IMG/VR virus record: IMGVR_UViG_3300042861_002374
DNA: 58,661 nucleotides
Strand: one strand, 5' to 3'
Origin: an uncultured virus (IMG/VR IMGVR_UViG_3300042861_002374)
Lineage: Varidnaviria; Bamfordvirae
In this document: piece after piece, positions 31,615 to 41,699 of the stretch
How positions within the stretch are numbered: position 1 is the first letter of the stretch
Layout of the letters: the number at the start of each line of letters is the position of its first letter
Program-made: the position numbers and the translations under genes
The notes under the pieces: generated by a model
Databases searched by the model: none
What the model was told of the DNA's origin: nothing
The model's input: the letters and a program-made list of their open reading frames with translations, nothing else

Positions 31615-32282
31615 AAATAGTCAGTTGAACCACCAGAATACCATACACTATCTTTATCTCTCTTGTGCATTCTCAACCATATATCAGATTCTATATGTCT
31701 TATTTTGTTTAAAAATGAAAGTCTGCTTAAAAGAATTCTTTCATGATGACCCCATATTTCACCACGTTCATTCATATATTCTGAATTATTAAAACCACCT
31801 GAATTTTTATAATCGCTATTATATATTAATATCAATCCACTTCCACAGTGATCTTCTGTTGGAACATACACTTTTCCATTATATTGAGAACTCCATTTTT
31901 TTGGTCTACCTTCTGTGGATACAATAGGACAATAATATGATTGTCCTTGTATAACATAATTAGATATCCTTGTAAATAATTCAGACCCATTATCAAAAAC
32001 TGTATCAGCATCAATATGCATAATTAACTCATCAGGATCTAACACTGTATCAGAACATATTTGTAATGACTTTGCTAAATTAAAGCGCCCATCTATTTGT
32101 ATAACGGTTACTTTAATTTCTAGATCTTTGATTATTTGATTTAAATCAACATCAGTACTGTGATAGTCTCCAATAATGACATTTAAAGTTATATTGGGAA
32201 TTTTAATCGAGTTAATATTTTGTACAAGATTAGTAATATCAGAACCTCTATTGAAAAGAGGTACGCAAATATTTATTTTCAT
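31611..32282 (-). CDS. GT-A fold glycosyltransferase (GT2/GT7-like)
   Basis: ICVPLFNR, HIDAD, GGF, WG.HE. Confidence 0.75.
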   Translation of the reverse strand: MKINICVPLFNRGSDITNLVQNINSIKIPNITLNVIIGDYHSTDVDLNQIIKDLEIKVTVIQIDGRFNLAKSLQICSDTVLDPDELIMHIDADTVFDNGSELFTRISNYVIQGQSYYCPIVSTEGRPKKWSSQYNGKVYVPTEDHCGSGLILIYNSDYKNSGGFNNSEYMNERGEIWGHHERILLSRLSFLNKIRHIESDIWLRMHKRDKDSVWYSGGSTDYF

Positions 32283-32310
32283 TTTAAAGGTACATTGTTA
32301 AATCTTTAAA

Positions 32311-32727
32311 ATGCAAATAGCAGAATTATCAAAAGAAGATTGGAAACAGTACTTGGAATTAAGATTTCAACTCGGATCTTATTCTGGAAGTATAACAGAA
32401 GAAGAATTTTTAATAAAATATGAATCTATTAAAAAACAAGGAGGTATCATTTATGTAATAAAGGTTGGTTCTAAACTTGTTGCAACTGCTAAATTACTAG
32501 TTGAAATTAAATTTTTTGATAGTGTTGGACATATAGAAGATGTTGTTGTAGATATTAACCACAGAGGATTTGGATACGGAAAAATAATAGTAAAACATAT
32601 GTTAAATATATGTGATTCAATGAACTGCTATAAATGTGTATTGGACGCAAATAAAGATCTAGAATCTTTCTATACTAAATGTGGGATGATAAAAACAGGA
32701 TTTCATTTTACATATACTAGAAAATAA
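32311..32727 (+). CDS. GNA1: Glucosamine-6-phosphate N-acetyltransferase (GNAT)
   Basis: GHIEDVVVD..HRGFGYGK, CYKCVLD, FYTKCG. Confidence 0.9.
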   Translation: MQIAELSKEDWKQYLELRFQLGSYSGSITEEEFLIKYESIKKQGGIIYVIKVGSKLVATAKLLVEIKFFDSVGHIEDVVVDINHRGFGYGKIIVKHMLNICDSMNCYKCVLDANKDLESFYTKCGMIKTGFHFTYTRK

Positions 32728-32798
32728 TCATACATATTGATTAGTTCTTTGATGTATAAAATAAGTTTTAAATCTAAAGAATTTATCTTATTATGTAA

Positions 32799-33953
32799 AT
32801 GAACATAATTAATATAACAGACATGTATGATACTATTAATATAAATCACGTAAAGGGTATGTATACTACAAAAATTACTGTTTTAGATATAAAAGCCGAT
32901 ATGAGCATTATTCCTACCATATATGCACCTCATTTTTCTAATAGAAATGAAGGACATTTTTTTATAGATGTTTTGTTTCCTCTATATATAACAATATTAA
33001 AATGTAATCTTTTGGATAAAAAATTCAATTTATTATGCTTAGACCCAATCCATAACACAGACTATTCTGATAAATCATTAAATATACTAAAATCAATATT
33101 AAATCCTCAACAAATATTTTACGAAAGAGGCAAAATATTTGATCATCTAATATACACAACGATACATGTAAATGAACAAACAGTAAATTTAATCAATAAA
33201 AATTTTATAACAAATGATAGTTACTGGTTCATTAATTATGACTATGATTCTCAGTGTATATTGAAATATATGAAAGAATTTTTTTTAACACAACAATTTA
33301 AACTCAATACATCCTTCAGAATAAAAAAATGTGGTAATAAAATATCTCTATTTGAATCATACAGAAAATACATATATTCTAAATATAATATTAATAATAC
33401 TGTTGATGATAAATTCGTAATTATTTCAATGCATGATTACAGACGTATCCTCAATATTGTCGATGTTGTTAATGTTATTCAAAATAAAGGATTTAAAGTT
33501 CAATGTGTAAATTTTTATAATCTTTGTATGGAAGAACAACTAAATCTTATATCTAAATGTAAATGTTTGATTGGTAGTCCAGGAGGTCCAGTAACTAATA
33601 GTATATTTTTGCAAAATGAAAAAATCGACACATATGTAATAGAATTATGGCCTACTGATGCAAAATTTTTCTATCGTAAATATTATGTCCAAGGTCTTGC
33701 AACATTATCAGCTGGTAATATTTTAATAGAATGTGATAAATCATATGATAATAAAGATTTATATAAACCAATAGAACGTCAAGAAGATAGACTATATGTA
33801 TATAATGATTGTAACATAAACAAACTAATAAACTCACAAAAAACAGTTGACATAATAAATGATTACCCACATGCATGTATGTATCCACTTGTTGATATAA
33901 GTATGCACATAGATTTATCATCTCTTGAAGAATCTATAAATATGATAAACTAA
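32799..33953 (+). CDS. GT61 (DUF563) glycosyltransferase
   Basis: GHFFID, RRILN, EEQL, IGSPGGPVTNSIF, VIEL. Confidence 0.75.
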   Translation: MNIINITDMYDTININHVKGMYTTKITVLDIKADMSIIPTIYAPHFSNRNEGHFFIDVLFPLYITILKCNLLDKKFNLLCLDPIHNTDYSDKSLNILKSILNPQQIFYERGKIFDHLIYTTIHVNEQTVNLINKNFITNDSYWFINYDYDSQCILKYMKEFFLTQQFKLNTSFRIKKCGNKISLFESYRKYIYSKYNINNTVDDKFVIISMHDYRRILNIVDVVNVIQNKGFKVQCVNFYNLCMEEQLNLISKCKCLIGSPGGPVTNSIFLQNEKIDTYVIELWPTDAKFFYRKYYVQGLATLSAGNILIECDKSYDNKDLYKPIERQEDRLYVYNDCNINKLINSQKTVDIINDYPHACMYPLVDISMHIDLSSLEESINMIN

Positions 33954-33994
33954 ATTACTAAAAAATTTAAATAAAAATTTTTTCATAAATAAAA

Positions 33995-34573
33995 ATGGAA
34001 ACTTATAGTTTTATAACAAATAATTGCCTGGGTGTGAAAATTTATAGCAAATTGAATAGAGAATATGATAATCCATTTATTGGTTCTTACTTTCAGGATG
34101 ATTTTCAGTTTTTAAAATTTTGTTCTAATTTTGATCATTATATTAAACTAAAACCTGAATTTTTAGAACCAAAGTTGCCTATATGCACAACACACCCATA
34201 TATTCGTTATCCTGGATTTCCAGTTATGTTTTTAGATGACATAGAGATACATTGGATTCACGAAACAGATCAAAACATATGTCTAGATAAATACAATAGA
34301 AGACTTGAAAGAATAAAAACCCCTTTTTTCGTATGGGGTGATAGTTTATTACATAGAATGCATTCAGAAACTCAAAGACAAGAATTTATTAATAATTTTA
34401 AGACAATAAAAAATAGTATATATTTTAATAAAGATGAGATTCAAGAATGGAAGGATGTTTCATTTGATAACAGAAACTATAACGATGGTTGGGCACAACC
34501 TGTTAACTGGTTAACAATGAATTTTGAAGCCGATTTATTAATTAATTCTTTTAAGTTGAATAATACTACATAA
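33995..34573 (+). CDS. DUF1919-family protein
   Basis: SFITNNCLG, NPFIG, DIEIHWIH, KYNRRLERI. Confidence 0.85.
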   Translation: METYSFITNNCLGVKIYSKLNREYDNPFIGSYFQDDFQFLKFCSNFDHYIKLKPEFLEPKLPICTTHPYIRYPGFPVMFLDDIEIHWIHETDQNICLDKYNRRLERIKTPFFVWGDSLLHRMHSETQRQEFINNFKTIKNSIYFNKDEIQEWKDVSFDNRNYNDGWAQPVNWLTMNFEADLLINSFKLNNTT

Positions 34574-35040
34574 TTTTACATATATTTTGATATAAAAACC
34601 AACTAATCAATATATTTATTTTATAAAGAATAGGTAATAATAATTACAAAGTATTTATTATATTGTTTGACGAGATATGGAAGTTAACTCAAAGTCTGTT
34701 ATATTTGTGGTTCTTATTTACAAAAAAGTAAGACACAGTTGTTTTGCCAATTTCTAGTAAGTTCTTGATATAATCTTAATCAGATATTTAACATGTTTTC
34801 TGTAAAAAAACAGACACCTGATATATTAGGTTAGATATAAAACGTCTATTATAATTTATAAAAATTGACTGTAATTGATCAGGATTACTTAAATATTATT
34901 GGAATTCCTTATGCATACATTTGATCATAAAAAAGTATAATATGTGAATTTAGGTTTCAAAGCTTTTATCTATGTATTTCTATTCCATATAATTGAGTAA
35001 TTACTACTAACAATAAACCAAACATTCTCAAGAAATTCAT

Positions 35041-36159
35041 TTACTTCTCTGAAAGAATAGGTATTTTTAAAAATAATTCTTGTAAATAGGTATTTTTATA
35101 TATTCTATACTTTGAAGATAATTCATCTAATGATTCATCATAAAAAATTATATTATCTTTTTCAACTTCATTATCAAAAATAAAATTTATATTTTTATTT
35201 AAAATGGCTTCTTCACTATTTTTAAAGATATTTTCAATGTCAAATACATTAACATTTAAATTATTATAGGAATGTAATTCTAGTTCTTTTTGAGTTGGTA
35301 ATCTTTTAATATATTTGATGAATAATTCTAAAATAAACATTCTTAATAATAATATGTGATAGCTATTTACTTTATGATTTCCATTACCGTAACTTGGTTT
35401 ATTTAAAACTAGCATATCAATTTGTTTTGATATATCTTGTGAAGTTGAAAAATATCCATAACCATCAATAACTGATTTTGCACGTTCATAATATCTTCTC
35501 TTACCTGTGTTATTAAAATGTAATAAACCTACAGAAGAATTTATTGTTTCACCATAGCTTATACGAATGTCATGATTACCATTCATTGTACTAATAAAAG
35601 CGTTACTTCTAACAAAATATTTATGTATATCTTTCCAAAAATAATTCATATTTTCTGAAATTGTCATATCATCTGAAAAATATACAATTTCTCTAGCAGG
35701 ATTTATAAATTTATTATTAATATAATTTTTATCAGATGTATCGACAACACTGCATGGATATGAACTAATTTTAAATAATGTTTCATTTTCAGAATAGGAA
35801 TTAAATATTTCTAATATTTTTTCTTTACAAAATGGATTATTTCCTTTCTCAAAATCATCATGTGAAAATAAAAATTCATCAGTATCTAAACCTATTAAAA
35901 AATCACAATTTGATTTTTCTAAAGACATATATTTATTAAACATATTACCTTGTCCACCACCTTCATAATTTGATTCATAAACAACTTTTATTCCTAAATT
36001 TATGTATTTATCATATATTTCCAATACTAACTCATTTGTACTATTATTGTCAATAATAGTTAAACTATTATATCCAAATAGGTAACCATAGTATATAATA
36101 AAATTTTCAATTAAATCATATTCATTTTTTGTAACACAAAAAATCTTAACCTTAGCCAT
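35041..36159 (-). CDS. GT2-like (Glyco_tranf_2_4) glycosyltransferase
   Basis: TKNEYDLIE, IDNNS, LDTDEF, GNH; first ATG at 36159. Confidence 0.85.
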   Translation of the reverse strand: MAKVKIFCVTKNEYDLIENFIIYYGYLFGYNSLTIIDNNSTNELVLEIYDKYINLGIKVVYESNYEGGGQGNMFNKYMSLEKSNCDFLIGLDTDEFLFSHDDFEKGNNPFCKEKILEIFNSYSENETLFKISSYPCSVVDTSDKNYINNKFINPAREIVYFSDDMTISENMNYFWKDIHKYFVRSNAFISTMNGNHDIRISYGETINSSVGLLHFNNTGKRRYYERAKSVIDGYGYFSTSQDISKQIDMLVLNKPSYGNGNHKVNSYHILLLRMFILELFIKYIKRLPTQKELELHSYNNLNVNVFDIENIFKNSEEAILNKNINFIFDNEVEKDNIIFYDESLDELSSKYRIYKNTYLQELFLKIPILSEK

Positions 36160-36221
36160 TTTAGATATGATTAAGAACACTTTAAATAATAAATTTTAGG
36201 TATTCTTAATCATATCTAAAA
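36159..36221. repeat. 19-bp perfect inverted repeat between divergent genes
   Basis: TTTTAGATATGATTAAGAA (36159-36177) / TTCTTAATCATATCTAAAA (36203-36221). Confidence 0.9.
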
Positions 36222-36246
36222 GATTATTATTTTTATTATTAGTTTT

Positions 36247-37839
36247 ATGTCAAAATCTATTGTTGGATATTCAGGTTTTGTTGGAGGAAATTTATTATTA
36301 AAAAATAGGTTTGACTATTTTTTCAATAGTAAAAATTTTATTGATGCTATTGACTTAAATGTTGATACTATGTATTTTTGCGGTATTCCTGCTGTTAAAT
36401 GGTATGCAAATAAAAACCCAAAAGAAGATACTGAATTATTTTGTAATATTAAAAATATCTTAAAAACAATGAAAATAAACAAATTTATTTTAATAAGTAC
36501 TATTGATGTTTATGATAATATTAATGGAAATTTTGACGAAGATTATATGTGTATTACTGATAATCATGCTTATGGGAAAAATAGATATCTGTTTGAAGAA
36601 TTTGTAAAAAAAACATTTAACAACCATTATATAATTAGGCTGCCTGGATTATTTGGTTATGGGTTAAAAAAAAATATTTTATTTGATTTAATAAATAATA
36701 ATAATGTTGATAAAATTAGCATTAATACTAGTTTTCAATGGTATAGTCTTAATTGGTTAAATGATGATATTGAAAAAATAATTAATACTAATATTAGGAT
36801 ATGTAATCTTTTTACCGAACCTATTCATACAAAAGATATTATTAAATATTTTAATTATCCTCTACACACATTTACTGGTTTGCAAAATATAGAATACAAT
36901 TTGAAAACAAAATATTCGAAACTTTTTAATTGTGATCTTGATGGGTATATAAGAAAAAAACAAGATGTTGAAACTGAAATAATTAGATTCATTAACTATG
37001 AAAAGATTAAAAAAGATAATTTATGCGTGTCTAATATATGTACAACTATTATATCACAACTTCAATTTTCTCAAATTTTAAAAGTTTTGGGCTTTAAAAA
37101 CGTTGAAGTAGCCCCAACAAAATTGGTTTCGTGGGAAAAAATAAATCTATTAGATTTAAGTGTATACAAAAATAATGGACTAAATGTCTGTTCATTTCAG
37201 TCAATTACATTTAATCTAAACGATTTAAATATTTTTAATCAGAATAATCCCTTATTATTAAATCACATAAAAAATATAATAGACATAGCAGTTAAAAATA
37301 ATGTAAAAATTTTGGTTTTTGGCTGTCCTAAAAATAGGAGAATACTTTATGATGATATTGATAACAAAATTATTGCAGTTAATTTTTTAAAAAAATTAGG
37401 TAAGTATTGTGAAGACAAAAATATTACTATATGTATTGAACCAAATAGTAAAAAATATGGATGTAATTTTATAAATACAATTGATGAAGCATTAGAACTA
37501 ATTTCTGAAGTAAATTCTAATAATATAAAATTAATGATTGATTTAGGAAATATAATTATGGAAAACGATGATATAACGAAAGTAATACTTTTAAAAGAAA
37601 AAATACACCACATTCATATTAGTCAAGAATATCTTGATAATTTTAGAACTCCACATATTAGTAATAGTATTTTTTCGTATTATATACATACTTTATTATT
37701 TTATGATAAAATTATTACACTTGAAATGTTGATTAAAGATGAAGATGAACTAGACACAATATTAATATCTTTATTAAACTTTATAAATATATATGGAATA
37801 AATAAATCTAACTTAAAGTTTGAAACTAATAAGCAATGA
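36247..37839 (+). CDS. NAD-dependent epimerase fused to a xylose-isomerase-like TIM-barrel sugar isomerase
   Basis: VGYSGFVGGNL, PAVKW.AN, STIDVY, YGKNR, RLPGLFG; EVAP, VFGCPKNR, EPN..YGCNF, D.G, HIHIS, LEM. Confidence 0.85.
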   Translation: MSKSIVGYSGFVGGNLLLKNRFDYFFNSKNFIDAIDLNVDTMYFCGIPAVKWYANKNPKEDTELFCNIKNILKTMKINKFILISTIDVYDNINGNFDEDYMCITDNHAYGKNRYLFEEFVKKTFNNHYIIRLPGLFGYGLKKNILFDLINNNNVDKISINTSFQWYSLNWLNDDIEKIINTNIRICNLFTEPIHTKDIIKYFNYPLHTFTGLQNIEYNLKTKYSKLFNCDLDGYIRKKQDVETEIIRFINYEKIKKDNLCVSNICTTIISQLQFSQILKVLGFKNVEVAPTKLVSWEKINLLDLSVYKNNGLNVCSFQSITFNLNDLNIFNQNNPLLLNHIKNIIDIAVKNNVKILVFGCPKNRRILYDDIDNKIIAVNFLKKLGKYCEDKNITICIEPNSKKYGCNFINTIDEALELISEVNSNNIKLMIDLGNIIMENDDITKVILLKEKIHHIHISQEYLDNFRTPHISNSIFSYYIHTLLFYDKIITLEMLIKDEDELDTILISLLNFINIYGINKSNLKFETNKQ

Positions 37840-38879
37840 TGACAAAACTAAACATTATTATAATAGGAGCGGGATGGTATGGATGTTATGCAGCATTATT
37901 ATTGCAAAAACTACATAATGTAACTATTATTGAGAAAGAAAAAGACATTTTTGAAAAATCTTCTTTTTATAATCAAAATAGACTTCATTTGGGGTACCAC
38001 TACTGCAGAGACTACAAAACGCGTAATTTATGCAAAAAGGGGTTTGATAAATTTATATCAATATTTAAAAGAGAAGATATTGTTCAACAGATTAATAAAA
38101 ATTATTATTTGATATCAAATACTTCAACAGTTGATTTTCAAAGTATATTTTCAATATATAAATATGAAAATTATATATTTGATATTATTAAAAATCAAGA
38201 TTTTGAAAATATTAACGATAATATTTTAAGGGTAAATGAGTGTGCAATTAATTCAAATAAATCTAAAGATTTTTTTACATATAACATTATATGTAAAAAA
38301 ATCTTTAATAAAAAAGTAACCAAGATAAATTATGAAAATGATTCAAACGTGATTTTAGATGATAATTCTATAATTAGTTGTGATCTAATTATTGATTGCA
38401 CATTTAATTCATTAAATCTATCCTCTAAAAAGTATATTTATGAGAAAACTATATCTCTTTTATATAAGAAATATTCTGAAACAAATTTTGACGCTATAAC
38501 AGTTATAGATGGTAATTTTTTTTCTTTATATCCACATGATATCTCTAATAATATTTATACTTTAACAGATGTTGAGTTTACACCATTAATAAAATCAGAA
38601 AAATTAGAACATATAAATAATTTTGTTCTAGAATTAAGTATAATTGATAAAGTTAGATCTCAAATGGAAACTAAAGTAAACTACTACTATAAAAATTTTA
38701 AAGATCATTTTCAATATATTGGGTATTTCACTTCAAATAAAACAAAACTGATATCTAATTCGGATTCAAGAGAATGTAATATAGAAAAAATTAATGATAA
38801 ATTAATAACAATTAACTGTGGAAAAATAACAGGTATTTTTGAAGTTGAAGAGTATTTTAAAGAAATATCACTAATTTGA
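37836..38879 (+). CDS. FAD-dependent oxidoreductase
   Basis: IIGAGWYGC, S..NQNRLHLGYHY, DGNFFSLYP, GKI; ATGA overlap with upstream gene. Confidence 0.85.
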   Translation: MMTKLNIIIIGAGWYGCYAALLLQKLHNVTIIEKEKDIFEKSSFYNQNRLHLGYHYCRDYKTRNLCKKGFDKFISIFKREDIVQQINKNYYLISNTSTVDFQSIFSIYKYENYIFDIIKNQDFENINDNILRVNECAINSNKSKDFFTYNIICKKIFNKKVTKINYENDSNVILDDNSIISCDLIIDCTFNSLNLSSKKYIYEKTISLLYKKYSETNFDAITVIDGNFFSLYPHDISNNIYTLTDVEFTPLIKSEKLEHINNFVLELSIIDKVRSQMETKVNYYYKNFKDHFQYIGYFTSNKTKLISNSDSRECNIEKINDKLITINCGKITGIFEVEEYFKEISLI

Positions 38880-38947
38880 TATACTTAAAAAAGTAATATT
38901 AACCCGTATTTTCTTATATCTTTACATATAAGAAATTTTCGATGCAA

Positions 38948-40084
38948 TTATAAACTGTTATACTTTGACATAAACATTTTAATTGTGTTCACAATATGAA
39001 CCCTATCTTCATCAGTAATCCACCATCCACAAGGAATACAAATAATGCTTTTTTCTAATTCATCCAGTTGAGGTAACTGACTTTTAAACTCATTTACACA
39101 TGAGTGAGTATCATTCCTGTTATGTACCTGACTTGTCATAATATTATTTTCTTTCATAAAATCAATGAATTCTGGCTTGTTTTTGACTTTAATCGTGAAT
39201 ATCCAATAAGCAGATAAAGAGTCAGGTACTTGCTCTAAAAGAGTGATACCATCTATTCCTCTCAAGCATCTATCATAAAAATCAACATTATCTCTTATCT
39301 TTCGCAAGTTTTCATTCATGTATGGAAGATTAGATATTCCAATTGTTGCATTAATATCATTCATATGAGCTTTATACCCCCATTCTGCAACATCATTTTC
39401 GAGTCTGAAATCTTTACCAGATGATCTTTGTTCTCTACTGATTCCATACCATCTTAGTAACTTGGCTCTGTCGTATGAAGATTTATCAGGCAAAAAAATC
39501 AAACCACCATCTCCTGTAGTTAGATGTTTAATAGCCTGTGTACTAAAAACACATGTATTTCCATGAGTTCCTATTTTTTGTCTCTTATATTCTGCTCCAA
39601 ATGCATGTGCACAGTCCTCTATAACTTTTAATTCAAAACCAAAAGTGTCAAGAGTATATTTTTTAATTGAAGAAAGTTTTTCTAGATCTATAGGAGAACC
39701 ACCCCAATGCACAAGCATTACAGCCTTTGTTTTTTCTGTTATTTTAGATTTCAAATCATCCAAATCCATATTGCATGTTTTCAAATCTACATCAACCCAT
39801 TTAATTGATATCCCATTTGCAAGAATAGGCCAATTTGTCGCTGTACATGTCAAAGGAGTTGATAATATTTGATCTTCTGGTGATAAATTAAGCATTCTAA
39901 CAGCAATAGTTAAACCAGCAGTTGCAGAATTTAAACTTAAAATATACGGCCAATTAAACCACTCTTGCAAATTCTTCTCATATTCTTCGACTTTAGCTGA
40001 TTGTGTAATCATTCCGGACTTGAGAGTTTTAGCAACATTATCAGAAACATCATCGCTCATAAAAACCTTGAACAAAGATATCAT
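38948..40084 (-). CDS. DegT/DnrJ/EryC1/StrS PLP-dependent sugar aminotransferase
   Basis: NSATAGL, VHWGG, EDCAHAFG, STQAIKHLTTGDGG, LRWYG. Confidence 0.95.
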   Translation of the reverse strand: MISLFKVFMSDDVSDNVAKTLKSGMITQSAKVEEYEKNLQEWFNWPYILSLNSATAGLTIAVRMLNLSPEDQILSTPLTCTATNWPILANGISIKWVDVDLKTCNMDLDDLKSKITEKTKAVMLVHWGGSPIDLEKLSSIKKYTLDTFGFELKVIEDCAHAFGAEYKRQKIGTHGNTCVFSTQAIKHLTTGDGGLIFLPDKSSYDRAKLLRWYGISREQRSSGKDFRLENDVAEWGYKAHMNDINATIGISNLPYMNENLRKIRDNVDFYDRCLRGIDGITLLEQVPDSLSAYWIFTIKVKNKPEFIDFMKENNIMTSQVHNRNDTHSCVNEFKSQLPQLDELEKSIICIPCGWWITDEDRVHIVNTIKMFMSKYNSL

Positions 40085-40143
40085 TTCTTAATAAGAACTG
40101 ATATCTTTTAAATTTCTTATTTAATAATAATTGAATATTTTAT

Positions 40144-40151
40144 AAAATTGA
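40144..40151 (+). promoter_or_regulatory. AAAATTGA early-promoter-type motif (representative copy)
   Basis: Also at 47209, 49293, 56503, 52982(-), with variants near 3669, 41658, 46298, all 32-35 nt before an ATG; 53849 copy is 51 nt away. Confidence 0.75.
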
Positions 40152-40183
40152 AAAAAACAAAAAGTTTAAAAATAATAATTAAA

Positions 40184-40387
40184 ATGCCAAAGCGCAACAT
40201 TGACGGTGAACTAAAGACTTCACGCAATCTTTTACATGAATATCACAACATAATAGATCCACAAACTGGTAAAATTGATCAAACAGATTTTAGACTTTGT
40301 AAATGTAAATATTGCAGTGTTTGGACACCTGAAGTTATTAAAGCTTACAATGACTACTTAATTGAAGAAGAAGCTAAAGCAAATTAA
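40184..40387 (+). CDS. Small hypothetical protein (CxCxxC)
   Basis: ATG at 40184, 32 nt after AAAATTGA; hairpin after the stop. Confidence 0.6.
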   Translation: MPKRNIDGELKTSRNLLHEYHNIIDPQTGKIDQTDFRLCKCKYCSVWTPEVIKAYNDYLIEEEAKAN

Positions 40388-40398
40388 GTTGTTAATTT

Positions 40399-40423
40399 TA
40401 ATAATACTCACAAAGTATTATTA
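40399..40423. terminator. AT-rich 3'-end hairpin (representative copy)
   Basis: TAATAATACT-CACAA-AGTATTATTA, identical at 30359-30383; similar hairpins at 12542, 17330, 38910, 47917, 50059. Confidence 0.65.
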
Positions 40424-41608
40424 TTCTAATATACATTCAACACTATTAAGAGCACCTTCAACCCATCCTTGATTTATAGAAACTGATTCGCCAACAACTA
40501 AAACATTCTCCATTGGATGTTGTGCGACTTCTATAAAATTATTTCTATTTCTATATTTTTTCTGGTCGAGAGGGGTATAGTAATGTGTTCCTATATTCCA
40601 ATAAAAATCAACAATTCTAGATAAATAAATCTTTGTTTCTACAGGTATACCAACAGATTTTTTAATAAGGGTACAAAGTTTTGCACGGTTTGTTTCTGTA
40701 TTTTCTAACCACTTTTTCAAATATTTGCTATTCTTATTATCATTATATGCAATCATGTATATGCCATTGTTAGGATCCATTGGTATTATTTTTTGTAAAG
40801 GAGGTGGAACAATTGTGTATCCCTTTACATATTGCTTCATAATAGGAATAGAGCAATCTGAAAACTTACCATACAGACGCAAAAATGTTTGTCCTTTAAT
40901 TCCTTTGTAAACATTTTCTTTAGGAAGAAGTTTTCTAATCGTGTCAATAGCTGTAGCCACAATAATCATATTACAAGCGTAAACTTTTCGATTTGTATAC
41001 ACAAAAAAATTATTATCAGATATTTTATCTATTTTTTCTACAGAACTCCGCAAATGAATATTTTTCATCTTAATTTTATGAATCAGAGAAAGCAATAATT
41101 TTGTCCATGGAATAGAAAGTCCGGTCCAATTATCATAAATATCGTTAAATCCATAATGATGTAAAACATCATAAGCGTCTTCTTTTTCATAATCTGAGTA
41201 CCCTGAGCATTTTACAAAAAGTTTATATTTTTCAATACCTAGTATTGATTCTGCGTACTCCTTGAATGTTTTTTTACAAGGAGTATAAAGTTTGCGCAAT
41301 TTCATAAAAGTTTCTTTTACACTACACGACAACCCTAATGTGCTTGCATAATAATGCTTCGATAAAAATTCTTGATATGGTATTTCTAATTCGTTCAGTA
41401 ATTTTATTAGTAATTTATCCTTTCTTTTTCTACCAACACCTGCTCCAGTAACTACTTCAGTTCCTTCAAATAATTGAGATCCCATTCTACCACCAATCCA
41501 ATTCTGTTCAAGTATTGTTATATTACTCTCTGGATGTAGAGTTTTTAATTTATATGCGGCGTAGAGACCTGATATACCACCTCCAATTATTATAATTTTT
41601 TTTTGCAT
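40421..41608 (-). CDS. Flavin-dependent amine oxidase family protein
   Basis: IIGGGISGL, GGR, GAG, VGES..QGWVEGAL. Confidence 0.9.
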   Translation of the reverse strand: MQKKIIIIGGGISGLYAAYKLKTLHPESNITILEQNWIGGRMGSQLFEGTEVVTGAGVGRKRKDKLLIKLLNELEIPYQEFLSKHYYASTLGLSCSVKETFMKLRKLYTPCKKTFKEYAESILGIEKYKLFVKCSGYSDYEKEDAYDVLHHYGFNDIYDNWTGLSIPWTKLLLSLIHKIKMKNIHLRSSVEKIDKISDNNFFVYTNRKVYACNMIIVATAIDTIRKLLPKENVYKGIKGQTFLRLYGKFSDCSIPIMKQYVKGYTIVPPPLQKIIPMDPNNGIYMIAYNDNKNSKYLKKWLENTETNRAKLCTLIKKSVGIPVETKIYLSRIVDFYWNIGTHYYTPLDQKKYRNRNNFIEVAQHPMENVLVVGESVSINQGWVEGALNSVECILE

Positions 41609-41699
41609 GTTTATTATGTTGTAATATTTTTATAAACTTAAAAAATAGACTCTTGATTAAATTGAAATCTATATACAAGTTTATAAAAAACATTAAACA

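Noticed and set aside
34800..34925. GT8-like relic (YIRLDIKRLL, DQDYLN)
   Set aside because: Two short motifs in broken frames; too little to call
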